64,000 bases of DNA from Octopus sinensis (taxonomy: Eukaryota), in assembly GCF_006345805.1 (NCBI RefSeq), contig NC_043003.1, forward strand, positions 68,076,001 to 68,140,000, read 5' to 3'. The first letter of the stretch is position 1. Each line of letters starts with the position of its first letter. The notes beneath the pieces are model-generated. The model was not told the DNA's origin. It ran no database searches and saw nothing but the letters and a program-made list of their open reading frames with translations. Positions 39,340 to 52,925 of this stretch are shown in pieces. A program made the position numbers and the translations under genes.

Positions 39340-40400
39340 CAACATTTCTTTGGATAAACACCGGTAGAGTAGGAAGAGGTGATTTGCATACTAAGGCATC
39401 TAACAATCATCCTAAATAAAAGTTTTGCCAAGGTGTCCGCTTATATGTGCTAAGTCATGATCAACTTTCACTAACTGCAGCCTAGTACCAAGATTCTTCC
39501 TACAGAAGATGACAAATGAGCTTAGGAATATTGAATGCATCACACAACGCTAAAATAATATGCTTATTTAAATCAGCTACACAAAGAGTACTATGCAAAT
39601 ATCACTCCTGATTACAATAAATACCAACAGTGGTAAAATAACCTAGTGTTGCTGCAAATTAACCAAACAGAAAATTGCGAAGTTGTCTGTAAAACATACA
39701 AAAATCATAAATCAAAATCACATAATGGTGGCCTCTTTCTAGAGGGCATCCTTCGTAAACCATTCAAAATTGCAAAGAGCGCTCGTCGCTACCAGACTAG
39801 TTGTCATTTCAACGTTCAAAAGGAGCAGCTAAACAAGGTGATGCAAGCAGTAAAAGAGAGGCCCATATCATGCGTGAATTACAAATAAAAATTGTACTCG
39901 AGCTACTTGAATATATTCATCGAGGATCACAGCGAAATGTATTATGAAGTAAGTGATGATCAGGAAGGTAGAAAGAAAGGAGTTCAGAGCTTGCTGTGTC
40001 TAACACTGCCCATAAATACAGACGTCATGAAGAAAACGAAAGTGAAAACACCGAAAACTACCGACTTTAAGCCGAGTCTATGAGAAGGCGTTTGATTCGG
40101 TTCCTCATTTGTGGATAATAAGAGTAATTACAGTTTCATAAAATACGTAAAGTTATAATTGTTGGACTGAACAACAGGATCCGCGGAGCAAGCGGTAAGA
40201 AATAAAGCTAGTTATATAGTCTCTAACAGAATTAGTCTATCAAGAGATATGTCCCCCAGGGAAATCTCTAATGTTTTTGCCCGACATGTGAAGACCATTT
40301 GAACACTCTTAAAGTACTGTAAAGACTACATAATAAGATCCGAGAAGAATTAATGTCATCTACCATTTTTGTTTGACATTAAGCTATATTCAAGCAATAG
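39340..40400 (+). mobile_element. Decayed RT of an RLE-type (NeSL/R4-like) non-LTR retrotransposon
   Basis: RPISCVNYK..YSSYLNIFIEDH...DQEG and YEKAFDSVPHLWII (40080-40121) are RT domain motifs. Confidence 0.75.
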
Positions 40401-40923
40401 AATGTAGGTTATTTACCCATCGTGGAAAATAACCCCCACCCTCAAAGACAGTTACCTTGACGACAACAGATGAGGAACTAAAATGTCTTAATATATTGGA
40501 GAGGGGGAATTAACGAAAGGGGCAAATGTCCTAGAGGGTAGCTGTTGAGGGGTTGGATTATCGTATGGGTAGAGGGGTAATTGTCCTGATACTAAGCAAT
40601 ATTCACGATACTGAGAGGCAATTAAAACTGATCCCAATAATGTTACGGAATACAGGACTAGAGATGTGTGAGTGTGTTGCATCCGGGTGTGTGCGCAACT
40701 GTATATATATACATATTTAGTTTACTAAAACCTTTATAGCTCAGACGCAAAGACCCGCCTTCAGAAGAAAAGAACAATCGAAGTAAACTCCAGTTATATA
40801 GGGTTCGTTACCCCACAGAAATTGGTGAATGGAATACGAGCCTTTGCGCCTGAAATACTAAAGTTGTATTAAACTTTCGGCATTTTCAGAAGCCTTCTAT
40901 TTTCTCTCTTTATACATTCTAAT

Positions 40924-40977
<54 letters not shown>

Positions 40978-40980
<3 letters not shown>

Positions 40981-41150
40981 GGAGTAAACACATAAGTGTG
41001 AAACAAGGTGGAAAAAAGAGTACTCAAATACCAGGGGTAGAGTAATATGCTCTATTTAAAAGCAGCAGAAATTCAACAAAACCTGTTACTCGGAGTTTCA
41101 CGTTCCCGTTCGTCGGACAGTTTTGATAAACAAAACTTTTAAATAAAGTA
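40978..41150 (-). mobile_element. Short Penelope-like non-autonomous repeat carrying a hammerhead, in TA-rich context
   Basis: Homologous to 32195-32345; (TA)n on the left and tatatatat on the right. Confidence 0.7.
41083..41120 (-). ncRNA. 38-nt minimal hammerhead ribozyme (U4C core variant)
   Basis: Minus strand: CUGU, CCGACGA, ACG-GGAA-CGU, GAAA, CU-CCG-AG-U, A (GUA site), ACAG. All three stems pair. Confidence 0.7.
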
Positions 41151-41159
41151 TATATATCT

Positions 41160-41327
41160 AGGCGCAGGAGTGGCTCTGTGGTAAGAGGCTTGCTTCCCAA
41201 CCACATTGGTCCGTATCAAGTCCCACTGCGTGGAACCTTCGGCAAGTATCTTCTACTATAGCCTCGGGCCGATCAAAGCCATGTGAGAAGATGTGGTAGA
41301 CGGTGACTGAAAGAAGGCCATTGTACA

Positions 41328-41375
<48 letters not shown>

Positions 41376-41612
41376 TGTGTGTGTGTGTGTGTGTTTGTGT
41401 ATGTATGTATTTGTGTGTTTGTGTTTATCCCGCCACCATAGCTTGTCAACTGTTGGTGTGTTTACGTTGCCACAACTTAGCGGTTCGGCAAAAGACACCG
41501 ATAGAATAAGTAGAAGGCTTACAAAGAATAAGTCCCATGTTCGATACGTTCTACTACAGGCGTTGCTCCAGCATGGCCGCAGACTGAAACAAGTAAATGA
41601 GTAAAACAGTAA
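41160..41612 (+). mobile_element. SINE family A, full length
   Basis: Head ggcgcaggagtggctctgtggtaag...; tail gcatggccgcagactgaaacaagtaaatgagtaa. Confidence 0.92.
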
Positions 41613-42834
41613 AGGGTAATGTATGTATGTATGTATGTATGTACGTATGTATGTATTTACATATGTATTAATGTATGTATGTATGTATGTATGTATGTAT
41701 TGATATGCGTGTTATCTATGTGTGCGATATTCATATTAGTGAATCTCTTGTGCAATGTTTCTATTGAAAAAAAGTGCTTAATATTTTTTCCGATATCGCA
41801 TTTTTACCAGCAGCTGATAATGCATGAAATTTGTTGTGTAGAGTCGAGCATGTGAAAAACTTTTATGAGAATAAGATGTTCAGTTCACGTTCTTAATGAC
41901 AGTAAACGTTCTGACAAGTATAAAAGCTGAAATGTGTTGTATGAGACGTAGTCATTGCTTTTTAAAGAATTGTCTTAGATAATAAAACCCTGAATAATTC
42001 ATATAATGTTGAATATTTATGTATATGTTATCCATTGTTCTATCTATTCTAAAATATCAATTGACATAACTAAAGCTTTGAATGTCAAATAGAATTGAAT
42101 GAGCATCAGACGCTGGCGAATGATGAAATCGGATGCTAAATAATTAATATTCGCAGAAGACTTTCTTTTCAAACTGCATGAGCTCTTGACGCGAAAATGA
42201 AAATTGATGACCATTAGTATAGTTTCCACTTGGAAAACAACTACAGAATTAATCTGACATTAATTTGTGTGCTGTCATGTCTATGTAGATAAGAAAACCT
42301 TTCATAACTATTCCACTGTGTTGTAACATGTGCTATTGTGTTCCGGCTGATCGGTGCATTCTGAATGCAATTTGGCAAAACATCTGTGGGGATGTCAATT
42401 TCTACATACATACATATGTATTTATATGTACATACATAGATACATGCATGCATGTATGCATACATACACACACACAGACGCATTTTAGCAAAAACCTGAA
42501 ATACTAGAGTTTTAATGCAAAAGAAACGGATGCGGATTCTCTAAATCGAGTCTATATGCTGCACAGTGAAAATTTGTAAGACATGCAACAGATCCTCAAA
42601 CAGAGATTTCTATGTAAATAGATGCGCATCCTTGGAGAAGGCATCGACAGGTGAACCAAAACACACACACACTCAACCACATATTTACAAGCACCGGGAA
42701 TTTTCTCAACTAAAAATGTCTTGTTGCTTTTAACGACCGACATAGACTCTCTTAATAACTTAAACTCAAAGGAAAACCATATATACATTTATAAATACAT
42801 ACATACATGTAATTATATATATGTGTTTGTGTGT

Positions 42835-42883
<49 letters not shown>

Positions 42884-43519
42884 CAACAAGCAAATGCACC
42901 CATGTTTGGACGGTGTAATTTATTATTAGGGTGCACTCCTGTGGATGCTGAAAGTTGAATTAGCTGCAGTTAGAAGTTGTTTCAAGTTGACAAGCGTAAA
43001 ATGTATAATTGCCATTTGCGTTAGGAGTTTATCATATGGTATTAATAAACTTAGGGAATGAATGAATGTTTTTCAATGCAAAATTGGCTGTTAGTAATAA
43101 ATGAAAGTCCACGAAATGAGATCGCAAATGCAGTAGGCATTAGGGATCCTATATCTTACTTGAAGCGTTTTGTATCATGTAACTATTTTTCTCGTAATGC
43201 CTGACACAACCACATTGAAGCCTTTTTTTTCCCACGAAAGCCATGTATGATAGAGAAAGGCGAAAATTTATAGCGAACACGCAAATAGAATAATGGCATG
43301 TACAAAACTAAATGTCAGAGCATGCTTATGAGCAAACAGTATGCGTGAAATATGAAGGGTCATTGAAGGTAATGTACTGTTAACAGCAATCATGGAAATG
43401 AAGCAAAATATGAATGAAATGTTTGCAGGAAGTTTGATTGCTAACGGCTACAGTTTGGCGTAGATGTGAAGAACGCGGTAGAGGAATAGTAACTGTAGGG
43501 CTGTTTTGTAGACAACGTT

Positions 43520-44960
43520 TTTTGTTTCTCCTACAGGAGCACAGATGAATAAGTTGTCTGGATGGCCAACTCTGGAACAACTGACGTAGAATTGTCGATA
43601 TGAAAAGCACGATGTTCGAAGGTCCAATCTGACAACTTGCAGCGAATAACCTTGTGCTTTGTTAGTTGTCATGACGAAGCTGAGTTTCAGATGGAACAGC
43701 AGTCTCTGCATAGGGTAGGTGCAGTCTGTTGAGGTTAGCGGAATTTTCGGATAGAAAACAGTATCATTTTTGCAGTGTCCCGTGGTAATTTGGGCTTCAA
43801 TGTCGTGATCCATCATTTGTTTGACCACACAGCGTGTTCCATTGCATAGTATAGGTGCGTTTAGATTGAGAGGGCAACCGACTTTTAAGTGAAGATCATG
43901 GAGAGAAGGAGTCCTGGAGGATCTTGGGAGTTGATAAATTCTGTTGGAAAGTGCGTAACCTGATCGAGAACTCTGTGTCAACTGATTAGTAACAACGTTC
44001 TTGAGAAGGTAGCCGACTAAGTCGTGGTTAAGAGTGTTGACAGCTACATTTGCTGGTGCAAGAACAGCCCTGTCGCGAAGCCAACCTGGTTTTATGTAAT
44101 CCGGTGTAAGATTTGTGTAAACGGCAGAACATTATGGCTGGAGGCAGTGTGGCCAATGGTGGTAGTGTCAATGTATCTGTTGCCGTCAGACATAATTTGT
44201 TCATTGCCGATCTTAAGGAGCATTTCTGAAAACTGAATTGTAGGCTGACTAGTCTGTAGGAGTAATCACATGTTGATGGGGGGGGGGTCTCGATTGGACA
44301 TGCGTCCAAAGGAGGGATTTTTCAAAACAGGCATTATGTTCGTCAGCGGGTGTTTCGATGGGTATAATAGGCAGAGTGTGCCGAAAATCTCCTGCAAGAG
44401 GTAGAGTCACATCTCCAAGGATGCTGTTGTTTGATCTAAAGACTCTCATCGTAGGATGAAGTGCTTGTAGGAACATTTATGGGACATAATTGCTTCATCC
44501 TGAACAATGAGTTTCCACTTTTGCAAAAGTGTCGCTTCGTCCGAGGAGTGCTTTATGTGGCACATTGGGTTTTCTTAATGTATTACGTTGAAAGGCAATT
44601 TCAAGACAAAGTGAGCTGTCCGTCCACCGCCGAGAAGAGCCGAGACTGTTCCTAATGAGACAACAGCAATGGCAAGGTCACCATTATGCCGCAACTTCGC
44701 AAGAAGAAGATTCAAGAGGAATGTTCTTCCATTCCAACCGGGTGCGTCTAAGAAGATGATTCCGCGAGTGTGTGTGTTGATGTTTCTGAGGACGAATAGT
44801 ATATGTGAGCTTGATCGAAATTGAGAAGGGGTTTATTGTCTGCATTGTTCTATTTGAGTTGGAGGATGTTGTAGGTTGTTTTTTCTGAAAATGAGGTGGT
44901 ATACACACACGCACACACACACTCACCCTCTGACCGTTACTTCGCAGATTTACCTCCCTT
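43520..44960 (-). mobile_element. Helitron PIF1-like helicase region, decayed
   Basis: Walker A region FLDAPGWNGRTFL, then GGRTAH, LAGDFRHTLP, LKVGCP..LCNGTR, LSFVMTTNKAQGYSL and QFYVSCSRVG; no Rep domain in the window. Confidence 0.92.
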
Positions 44961-45153
44961 GTCCACAATGTTCACCGTACAAGGTTTTTCCGACCTTCTC
45001 AAACTAGATGCCCTATTACTTCCTATTACTCCATAAGTGAAAAATCTAATGAGTGTAGAACATCTGTGGAACATAAGTGATGTATTTGCCAAAAAATATT
45101 GATTTTACGTGGGATCAAGCTAATGGTCGGTCACACACACACATCTCCCGTCT

Positions 45154-45207
<54 letters not shown>

Positions 45208-45625
45208 CATGTATACGCATGTATTTATATATGCGCATGTTTGTGTATGTATACATGCATGTAATTATATGTGCATTTTAATGGACAGTGAATAGTGATC
45301 TATAGTTACAAGGACATCTTGAAATACAAAAATTATCGATGATTAAGGATAAAAATAATAACAGGATAATATAGTGCTCGTCAAAAAAACCTCAGATGAC
45401 ATACTTTAATCAAAAACATAGCTGAAATACTGAGCGATGACCGATGACGTATGACTTATTTAAATACCTCATATTTTGGTGTTAACTTCAACAATAATGC
45501 TATAATTATGCTGTGAAATGTGGCAGGTGATGCAAATTATCAAAAGCATCTTTGTAATGAGTCCAGAAAGCTGTATCATTATTGAATCAAGTATATTAAT
45601 GCATATACGTATGTAAATATGTGTG

Positions 45626-46447
45626 TACATGGTGCGATCAAAAAGTGTCCGACTTTATATTCCCTCGCCAATATCATGTGTGAAAACATTCGCTCTGGCA
45701 GGCCGCGTTAGTTCCGGACTGTTACACCGACAGTAGACACGTGTAGTGTGCGCTTGTCGGATTTTCGTTTCACCGAACGTATTTTGCAGTGTTATTGCGT
45801 CACGTTTTACCAAAACCTTGGTGATACTCAAGATCAAATCACTCAGAAGCAGGAATCTAGTGATGATTCTATCGGCAAAACTCAGATCATAGAGCGGTAG
45901 AACCACTTGATACCTGGTTGCACTGAAGAGTGAGGCACCCTGATGCAGCCAATCCACTAGTCGAGACGAGGAGTTGATTGAGATGGTTCGGCGAATAGTC
46001 CTGGAAGATCGTCATGCAACAGTCCTGGAAATTGCACACGAAGTGAGAATAAGCACAGGATCACTACATTGCATTTTACGGGAGGATTTGCGCCTCTGGG
46101 TAAATGATAGGGAAAGTTATCTTCAAACTTCCGTGGGGAGCAGCAAAAGTAACTCCGCATGAAAATTGTGCAGAACATGCTGGACTGTGCAACCCACGAT
46201 CCAAATTAATGACGACCATCATCATTGGTAATGAGGCATGATTCTATGGTCTCTGATCGATTCCTTTGTTCATCTTGCGTGGAAACAAAATCCGATAAGC
46301 GTGCACCGTCTGTACTCTAGGCATAACAACCGAGAGCTGGTGCGGCCTTAGGGCGCGAAAATCTTCCAGCTAAAAGATTTTACCTACACAGCATTAGATT
46401 TTGGCAGGAAAAAAATAAAATCTGACACTTTTGGAACGCGTGTCGTA
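45626..46447 (+). mobile_element. Internally deleted mariner element
   Basis: Degenerate TIRs tacatggtgcgatcaaaaagtgtccga / reverse complement tacgacacgcgttccaaaagtgtcaga with TA ends. HTH region reads IEMVRRIVLEDRHATVLEIAHEVRISTGSLHCILREDL; first D region IIIGNEA.FYG. Confidence 0.82.
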
Positions 46448-47160
46448 AATATGTATATGACACTTCTCTGTACTTGTGGATATCTTGTAAAATATTTCTC
46501 TCTATAAAATATATTATCTTGGGAAACGAAATTTGAAATTTGTTATTTGCATTGTACATGCCCTAACGCGGGAATACGTTGATTATATTCTCTACCTAAA
46601 GAAAATTACTATTCTGTCAAACATTAAAGCAGTATATTGCAGTGTTAATTTATTTGTTATATTAGATGGCCAACCTCCAAATGACGTTTATAAATATCTA
46701 ATATTTGCGTATGTTATCTATTTTTTTTATCTCTTCGCAAATGTCAACTGAGAAAACAAAGAAAAAATCGAATGTCAAATAGAAATTGGTAAAAAGAAAT
46801 GAGAAACAGGCAAATAACAATATAAGGCGCTGAATAATTAACGATAACGAAAGAGCTTAATCCGCAATTTATATGCATTACTATGACGAAGAAAAACAAG
46901 GATGATATAGAGCAACCATAAAACATGTTCTAGTTAAAAAAATGCGATATACTCAACTTCGTTAAAGGTTGGCTCATACATTGTTGTGATAAGACGTTAT
47001 GTTTGCTATCACGGGATTGCCGCTTCGAATTTACTGACCGATATTATTGGTAAATGTGTACCGGAAATCCTCCTACCCTGTCGTTGAACAGTGCCAGCGA
47101 AGGAGAATTTAACAGATGGAAATGCTGCTGATATCCGTCATATGCGTATAAATGTAGCTA

Positions 47161-47418
47161 TTCAGTAATCCCTCGAATATGGCAAGTGTTACGTTCCTAA
47201 ACACCCCAGGATAGGTGAAAATCGCGGAGTAGACACTGTACTGTACTGTATAGTTTTTTTTTTATTATTATTCTTATAATTTATATATATTTATTTTATC
47301 ATTAATGCAAACCAACACCACGGAAGAACCGACGTAAGGTTAAATAATAAACTGCGATGGGTGAACCGCAATAGGTGAACCGCGACAGGTGAACCGCGAT
47401 ATGATGAGCGATTTCTAT
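47161..47418. mobile_element. Tc1/pogo(Tigger)-type MITE
   Basis: Starts cagtaatccctcga; ends with 3 x gtgaaccgc(a/g) and a degenerate inverted end (gcgatatgatgagcgatttctata). Confidence 0.6.
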
Positions 47419-48274
47419 ATATTGTATGATATGTCTCTCAGTGATAAATATTGTCTACTGATGTGTAGAGAGCATTGAAATCTACAAATATTTTTTCTTG
47501 TGCCACGAACGGTGCAGCAATAAGCTGGAAATCTTACTGAAAATGCTTTTTTGAAAGACATTATTTGTGATATTTACCCACCACTTTGCGAAAACAAGTT
47601 CTTGATATTTGTTAATATGCACAACATGTACAAACGATTGATCGTTGGGAAAATGACAGTCATGAAACTATTTTTAACAAATCTTAGTATACGCTCCAAC
47701 AGGCATTGTACTTTGAATAACATTTAATTATCTTGAAAATGCTATTGATAAATTCTACGGTTTTTGCTGGAGTTTCAACAATGATTATGCAGTCTCGAAA
47801 GCAAACAGACGCTAGGCATTAAAAATCTTCTTTTTCAATTCAGGAAAAGTGAAAAAAAGAAAATCATTCACTAAATCATTCCTTTCAAACTTAAAGATCT
47901 CACATATAGGTTTATACTATGGAAATCTATATTTTCGAGGAATCTACTGCGCAACACACTAGTAACTGGGAGTACATTATCTAGGGCTATAACTGTCTTT
48001 TTTTATATCACCTATATCCATAATATCAAGGGCTTCGTTATTTATATAGATGTATATTAGCTAGAAAGTATACACCGGACAGAACTAATTTGGGTCTACA
48101 TAATTTAGTACAGTATTACGTAGGATATCTTATCTATGACCACGTATCTTGGACTATATACTGTAGGACTAAGTTGTCTAGGTCTGTATTAGCTATGGGT
48201 AAAGTATCTAGGGCCTCATTATTTCTTATATTATGCTACGCAGGGCTACAGTGACTCAAATGAAAGTATACGCT

Positions 48275-48438
48275 TTGCTTTTTACTCGTTTACTTGTTTC
48301 AGTCATTTGACTGTGGCCACTTATTCTATCGGTTTCTTTTGTCGAACCGCTAAGTTACGGAGACGTAAGCACACCATCATCGGCTGTCAAGCGATGTTGG
48401 GTGGACAAACACAGGCACACAAACATAAACACCCACAT

Positions 48439-48502
<64 letters not shown>

Positions 48503-48665
48503 CGACGAGCTTCTTTCAGTTTCTCTCTTCCAAATCCACTCACAATGCTTTGGTCGACCCGAGGATACATTAGAAGACACTTGCCCAAGGTGCCACGCGG
48601 TGGGACTGAACCCAGAACTAGGTGCTTCGTATGCAGGCTACTTACCACACAGCCACATCTACGCC
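48275..48665 (-). mobile_element. SINE family A with an internal deletion
   Basis: tacttgtttcagtcatttgactgtggcca...gggactgaacc...cttaccacacagccac. Confidence 0.88.
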
Positions 48666-50460
48666 TATCCCAAAAATTACTTATCGTAGAGTACAATATT
48701 CATTAGTATAGCACCTAAGAATAATCCAGCATTTTTTAGACGGTATTATAATGATTTACTTTTTTCATAATTCCATTAGCCACCAGAAAATAATATACAG
48801 GACTACAGACTACATCAAATAATATTGCATTCGTCTTTTTTACATATGGTATAGTGTGCTTTGATAATTACTTAACTGTTATTCTACTGCTTATAGAGCA
48901 ATGTGGAGTTTCACACACTTCAACGTTGCTTGAAGTTTACATAAACTAGGTACACAAATGGTACAAATTAGTGCTCATATTCCTTATATTTCCCGTGACA
49001 TTATGTATATAATTCACCTGAATTATGCAAGTAACCATTCCTTTCAACAAACGCCAAAACTTTATCGTGGATTTACCGCTAATCTGGTTTATAGTTCATT
49101 TCAATATAAGCTTTTATGTTTAGATATAAATACTACGATTTGAATCTCTGATATGCTAAGTCAATACAATTTTGTGTACCAATATCCTCTAGCACTCTCA
49201 CTTATATGGGTAAGGTGTATAAAATCGTTTAATCTATAAATCTGTATTAATGTTGGTCGAGTTGAAGTGCGTTAGGCGATGAACACGCTTAATTAATAAC
49301 AACTGTTTCGGCAAATTACATATTTCAAAAGTGCTTCAATGTGGGATAAACGAAATTATGCACAAATGGAATGCTTTCTATTTAATCTGAAGTCAGTATG
49401 GTTGAGCATATTGTACAAAGGACAGTTCTACACTACTAAATTACTTTGTATTCTTGCTTTAATGTATGGGATAGTTCATTTATGTTGTATTACTGCATTT
49501 GAAATTCCTGTTCTTAAGTGTATGTCATACATTATATGAGCGGAAACATGTTACGGCTTCAACGTCATTATGCTCCTCGACCACATCCACATGATGCCGA
49601 GGTTTATCTCAATAGGATCCATATTTGAATATTTGCTACAACACATTAAATACATATGTTAATATTCAAACAAATGATGCGCACTAAATATGCTTAATAA
49701 ACATAGATTTCGATGTTAAACATAGAGGGAAATGCTTTGATAGTGTTAGCAGATAAAGACCGATTGTCTCCAGAATTTTGGCTGATAGATACGAAGGACA
49801 AAAAGCAATTGTGTTTATTTCCTGATTTTTAAGAAACAAAATTATTTCAGTTTGTTTCGCAGCAAAATTTAATATTTGCTCTACGTGTTTGTCTTTTTTG
49901 TTTCTACATCAGCTTCAGAATATTAATGCAATCATAATTAATAAAATGTGCTTCTTCAACAAAATGTCAGTTTAAAACTTTAAATAAATCAGGGCCAATA
50001 ATGTATTTAAGGCATTTCAATCAATGAACGCATTCGCTATTAAATTTAAGCTTTATAAATGAATTAAAATAAAAACATGAAACGTTACTTTGTTTCGTTA
50101 ATGGAGTTAGAAATATTGTTATATAAATGCAACAATCTGAAAATGAATTTGGTTAATATTTAAAATATATCTTATATTAAGTAACAATTCTGAAAAATGA
50201 TTCAATTGCGTTCATTTACATAAAATAATTGTGCAAACAGCTTTATGAAATTGGTTTTGAATAGCTATACATAGGGCATGGCGTCTTGCTTCGAGTTAGA
50301 ATTTCAAAAATTGGTTGAAAACACATGTTTATAGGAAAATTGAGATTCAACAAAACATTTATTATGCGTAAAAATATCAATGTAATAAGTAAATAAACTT
50401 ATGTAATGTAGTAAATGATTTACACACACGCTTGCATTCACGCACATACATATGTGCATA

Positions 50461-51860
50461 TAGGCAGAAGTGTGACTGCATTTAGATGTTTTCTTCGCAA
50501 TGTCATAATCCCAGGTTCAATTCCAATGCGTAGCAAGTTGGGCAAGTGTTTTCTACTATAAGTTCTTTATTCCATTACATTTACCATAAAGGTATAATAC
50601 AGATGAAGCTTTGCGGGCTGGACACAGACACAATGATGATGATGGAATAAAAAAGAGATGGTTGGTGGGGGAAGCAGCCAACGCCCGTCGATTGTTACTT
50701 ACCGATAACATTGTTCTTTAAAAACAACACAAATGAGGTGTTGAACGTCTTACAATAATTACAAATTCAGGAGCTGAGCCTCTTATCAGTACAAAAAGTA
50801 CAGAAAATATTCAAAATGAGGTGTTAAGCTTCTTACCAATCTCCAAGTTCTAATCGAGGCGCTAAGACCTTTTAGTCTGCCTCCCCGATTAAGTCTCTTG
50901 CCGCCTGCATGCAATCCTGCAGTCGCAAGCCGGGATCCTAAAAATATAATTATATTACTTCTTATTAAAGGAATCCATCACCCTATAGAAGTAGTTCTCC
51001 TCTATGACCTCCGCAGCCACCTGCAGAGGCCAATCTAGGATATCTATGCAGGTCAGGACCGTCTGTTCCTGACCTTCAAAATTCTTCATAAAGTTCCATA
51101 CAGCCCCTCCCATAAGAACGAAGATCAAAAGTTCCTTATTCATTACACTGGGAGGGGGCGCAATTTCCTTCGTCGGTATCACAATTAGTGACATGCCGGC
51201 AGTTTACTGCAAACTGCCGGCACTGTCCCATTCTTTCTCGTCTTTTTTTTTTTACTTTGGTACAGGAGGATGTGGTTCCTTCGCTTTAACCGGAAGATCG
51301 TCGCTAGCCTCTGCAGCCTTGGGGTCCAACGGTGAGCAACAATTGTTGCACACCTACTTCCTTTTGTTACCCATTTTTGTCCTCGAGTACCGCCATCTCT
51401 CCCTCCCGATGAGGAGGGGAGGCTTTTCCACAGCCAACTGTTTCAGAACCCTACTCTGGTCCTGGGGACAGTTCTTTTTGATGTGGCCCGGCTCGAGGCA
51501 CAGTTGACATATGGGGTGGGGGCGTCCCTCAAGAATCCCCGGGTACCAGCAACCGTCCATTTTCAAAAAATCAGGTAAAACCAGATTCATGGCTGATTGG
51601 GTTCACAGGGACAAGACACTTTTTGACCCGACCCAATCAGACGCCGGATAAATTTTAACATTAAGCAGCTTGGATCCGCTGCCACCCAGATCGTGGCGGA
51701 TAGTGTCCTCTATCCACTCGGGTTCTATCCTGGGTGGCAACCCTCGGACCTAAGCGCTTGTCAACTTCTTCCGACCATACGTGGGAAGAAAATTAACTAC
51801 TATAAATTCCTGTCAACCAAAACCTTGAGTAGATTTGGTGGGCGGAAACTAAACGAAACT
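50461..51860 (+). mobile_element. SINE family A split by a retroelement (halves 50461-50561 and 51797-51860)
   Basis: The head stops at gtgttttctactataa and resumes ctactataaattcc..caaccaaaaccttgagtagatttgg. Confidence 0.75.
50562..51796 (-). mobile_element. 5'-truncated ORF1-only (HAL1-like) Tx1/L1-clade element, family 2
   Basis: ORF1 fragments PTYGRKKLT..VRGLPPRIEPEWIEDTI and zinc knuckle CQLCLEPGHIKKNC; stop at about 50955, then about 390 bp of UTR ending aataaagaac; 9-bp TSD ctactataa (50553-50561 / 51797-51805); no EN or RT. Confidence 0.8.
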
Positions 51861-51871
51861 AAAAGAAAATG

Positions 51872-52240
51872 TGATGAACTGGCAGAAACGTTAGCACGCT
51901 GGGCGAAATGCGTAGCCGTATTTCTTCTGCCGTTACGTTCTGAGTTCAAATTCCGCCGAAGTCGAATTTGCCTTTATCATTTCGGGGTCGATAAATTAAG
52001 TACCAGTTACGCAATGGGGTCGATGTAATCGACTTAATCCGTTTGTCTGTCCTTGTTTGCCCTCTCTGTGTTTAGGCCCTTGTGGGCAGTAAAGAAATGG
52101 GTATTTCGTCAACCGCTACGTTCTGTGTTCAAATTCTGCCGAGGTCGATTTTTCCTTTCATCCTTTCGCGGTCGATTAATAAGTACCAGTTATTAAGCAC
52201 TGGTGTCGATATAATCGATTTAATCGGTTTGTCTGCCCGT
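51872..52240 (+). mobile_element. SINE family B head-to-tail dimer
   Basis: Full copy to the tail ggcccttgtgggcagtaaagaaatg, then a second unit starting gtatttcgtc. Confidence 0.9.
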
Positions 52241-52836
52241 GTTTGTCCTGAAATTATTGCCACAAAAACATGTCACTGCGGACAAATACATGAGATTTAT
52301 ATTAAAGTGATTTATATCAACATTGCATTGATTCCACATTTAGCTTGAATAGTACCATGGATTTCTCATCAGTTGATAAATAAATCATTCAGAGGTACGG
52401 AGTTTTGAAACGTGTGATCTAAAAAGAAACACGAAAGAAAATATCGAGAATTATTTTCAATTAAATAATTACAACAGAGCAATACAAAGCCCATATTACC
52501 ATTGATGCGTTGGGAGATGCATTATTAGAAAAGTAATCTTGCATTTAGAATGAATTCGTTATCTCTGCTTCCGTTTGCTGCGAACTATGAGGTTTGAAAT
52601 TTCAACTAACGGGATTAAATATTCCACACGTTTCCTAACTATATTAGTTTAGATCATATTTATATTAACGCAAACTTTTTTTATTATTCTGTCAGTATAA
52701 ATAAATATCGAAAGTTCGTATCAAAAGGAAGATTTCTGATCAACACTATATTTTATGTATATATATATATATGCGTGTATATGTGAGCATGTTCGTGCAT
52801 GTGTGTGTATATAGACACACACACTCACTTATATTT

Positions 52837-52839
<3 letters not shown>

Positions 52840-52916
<77 letters not shown>

Positions 52917-52925
52917 ATATATACA
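52840..52925. repeat. (CA)/(TA)/(TG) microsatellite
   Basis: Directly visible. Confidence 0.95.
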
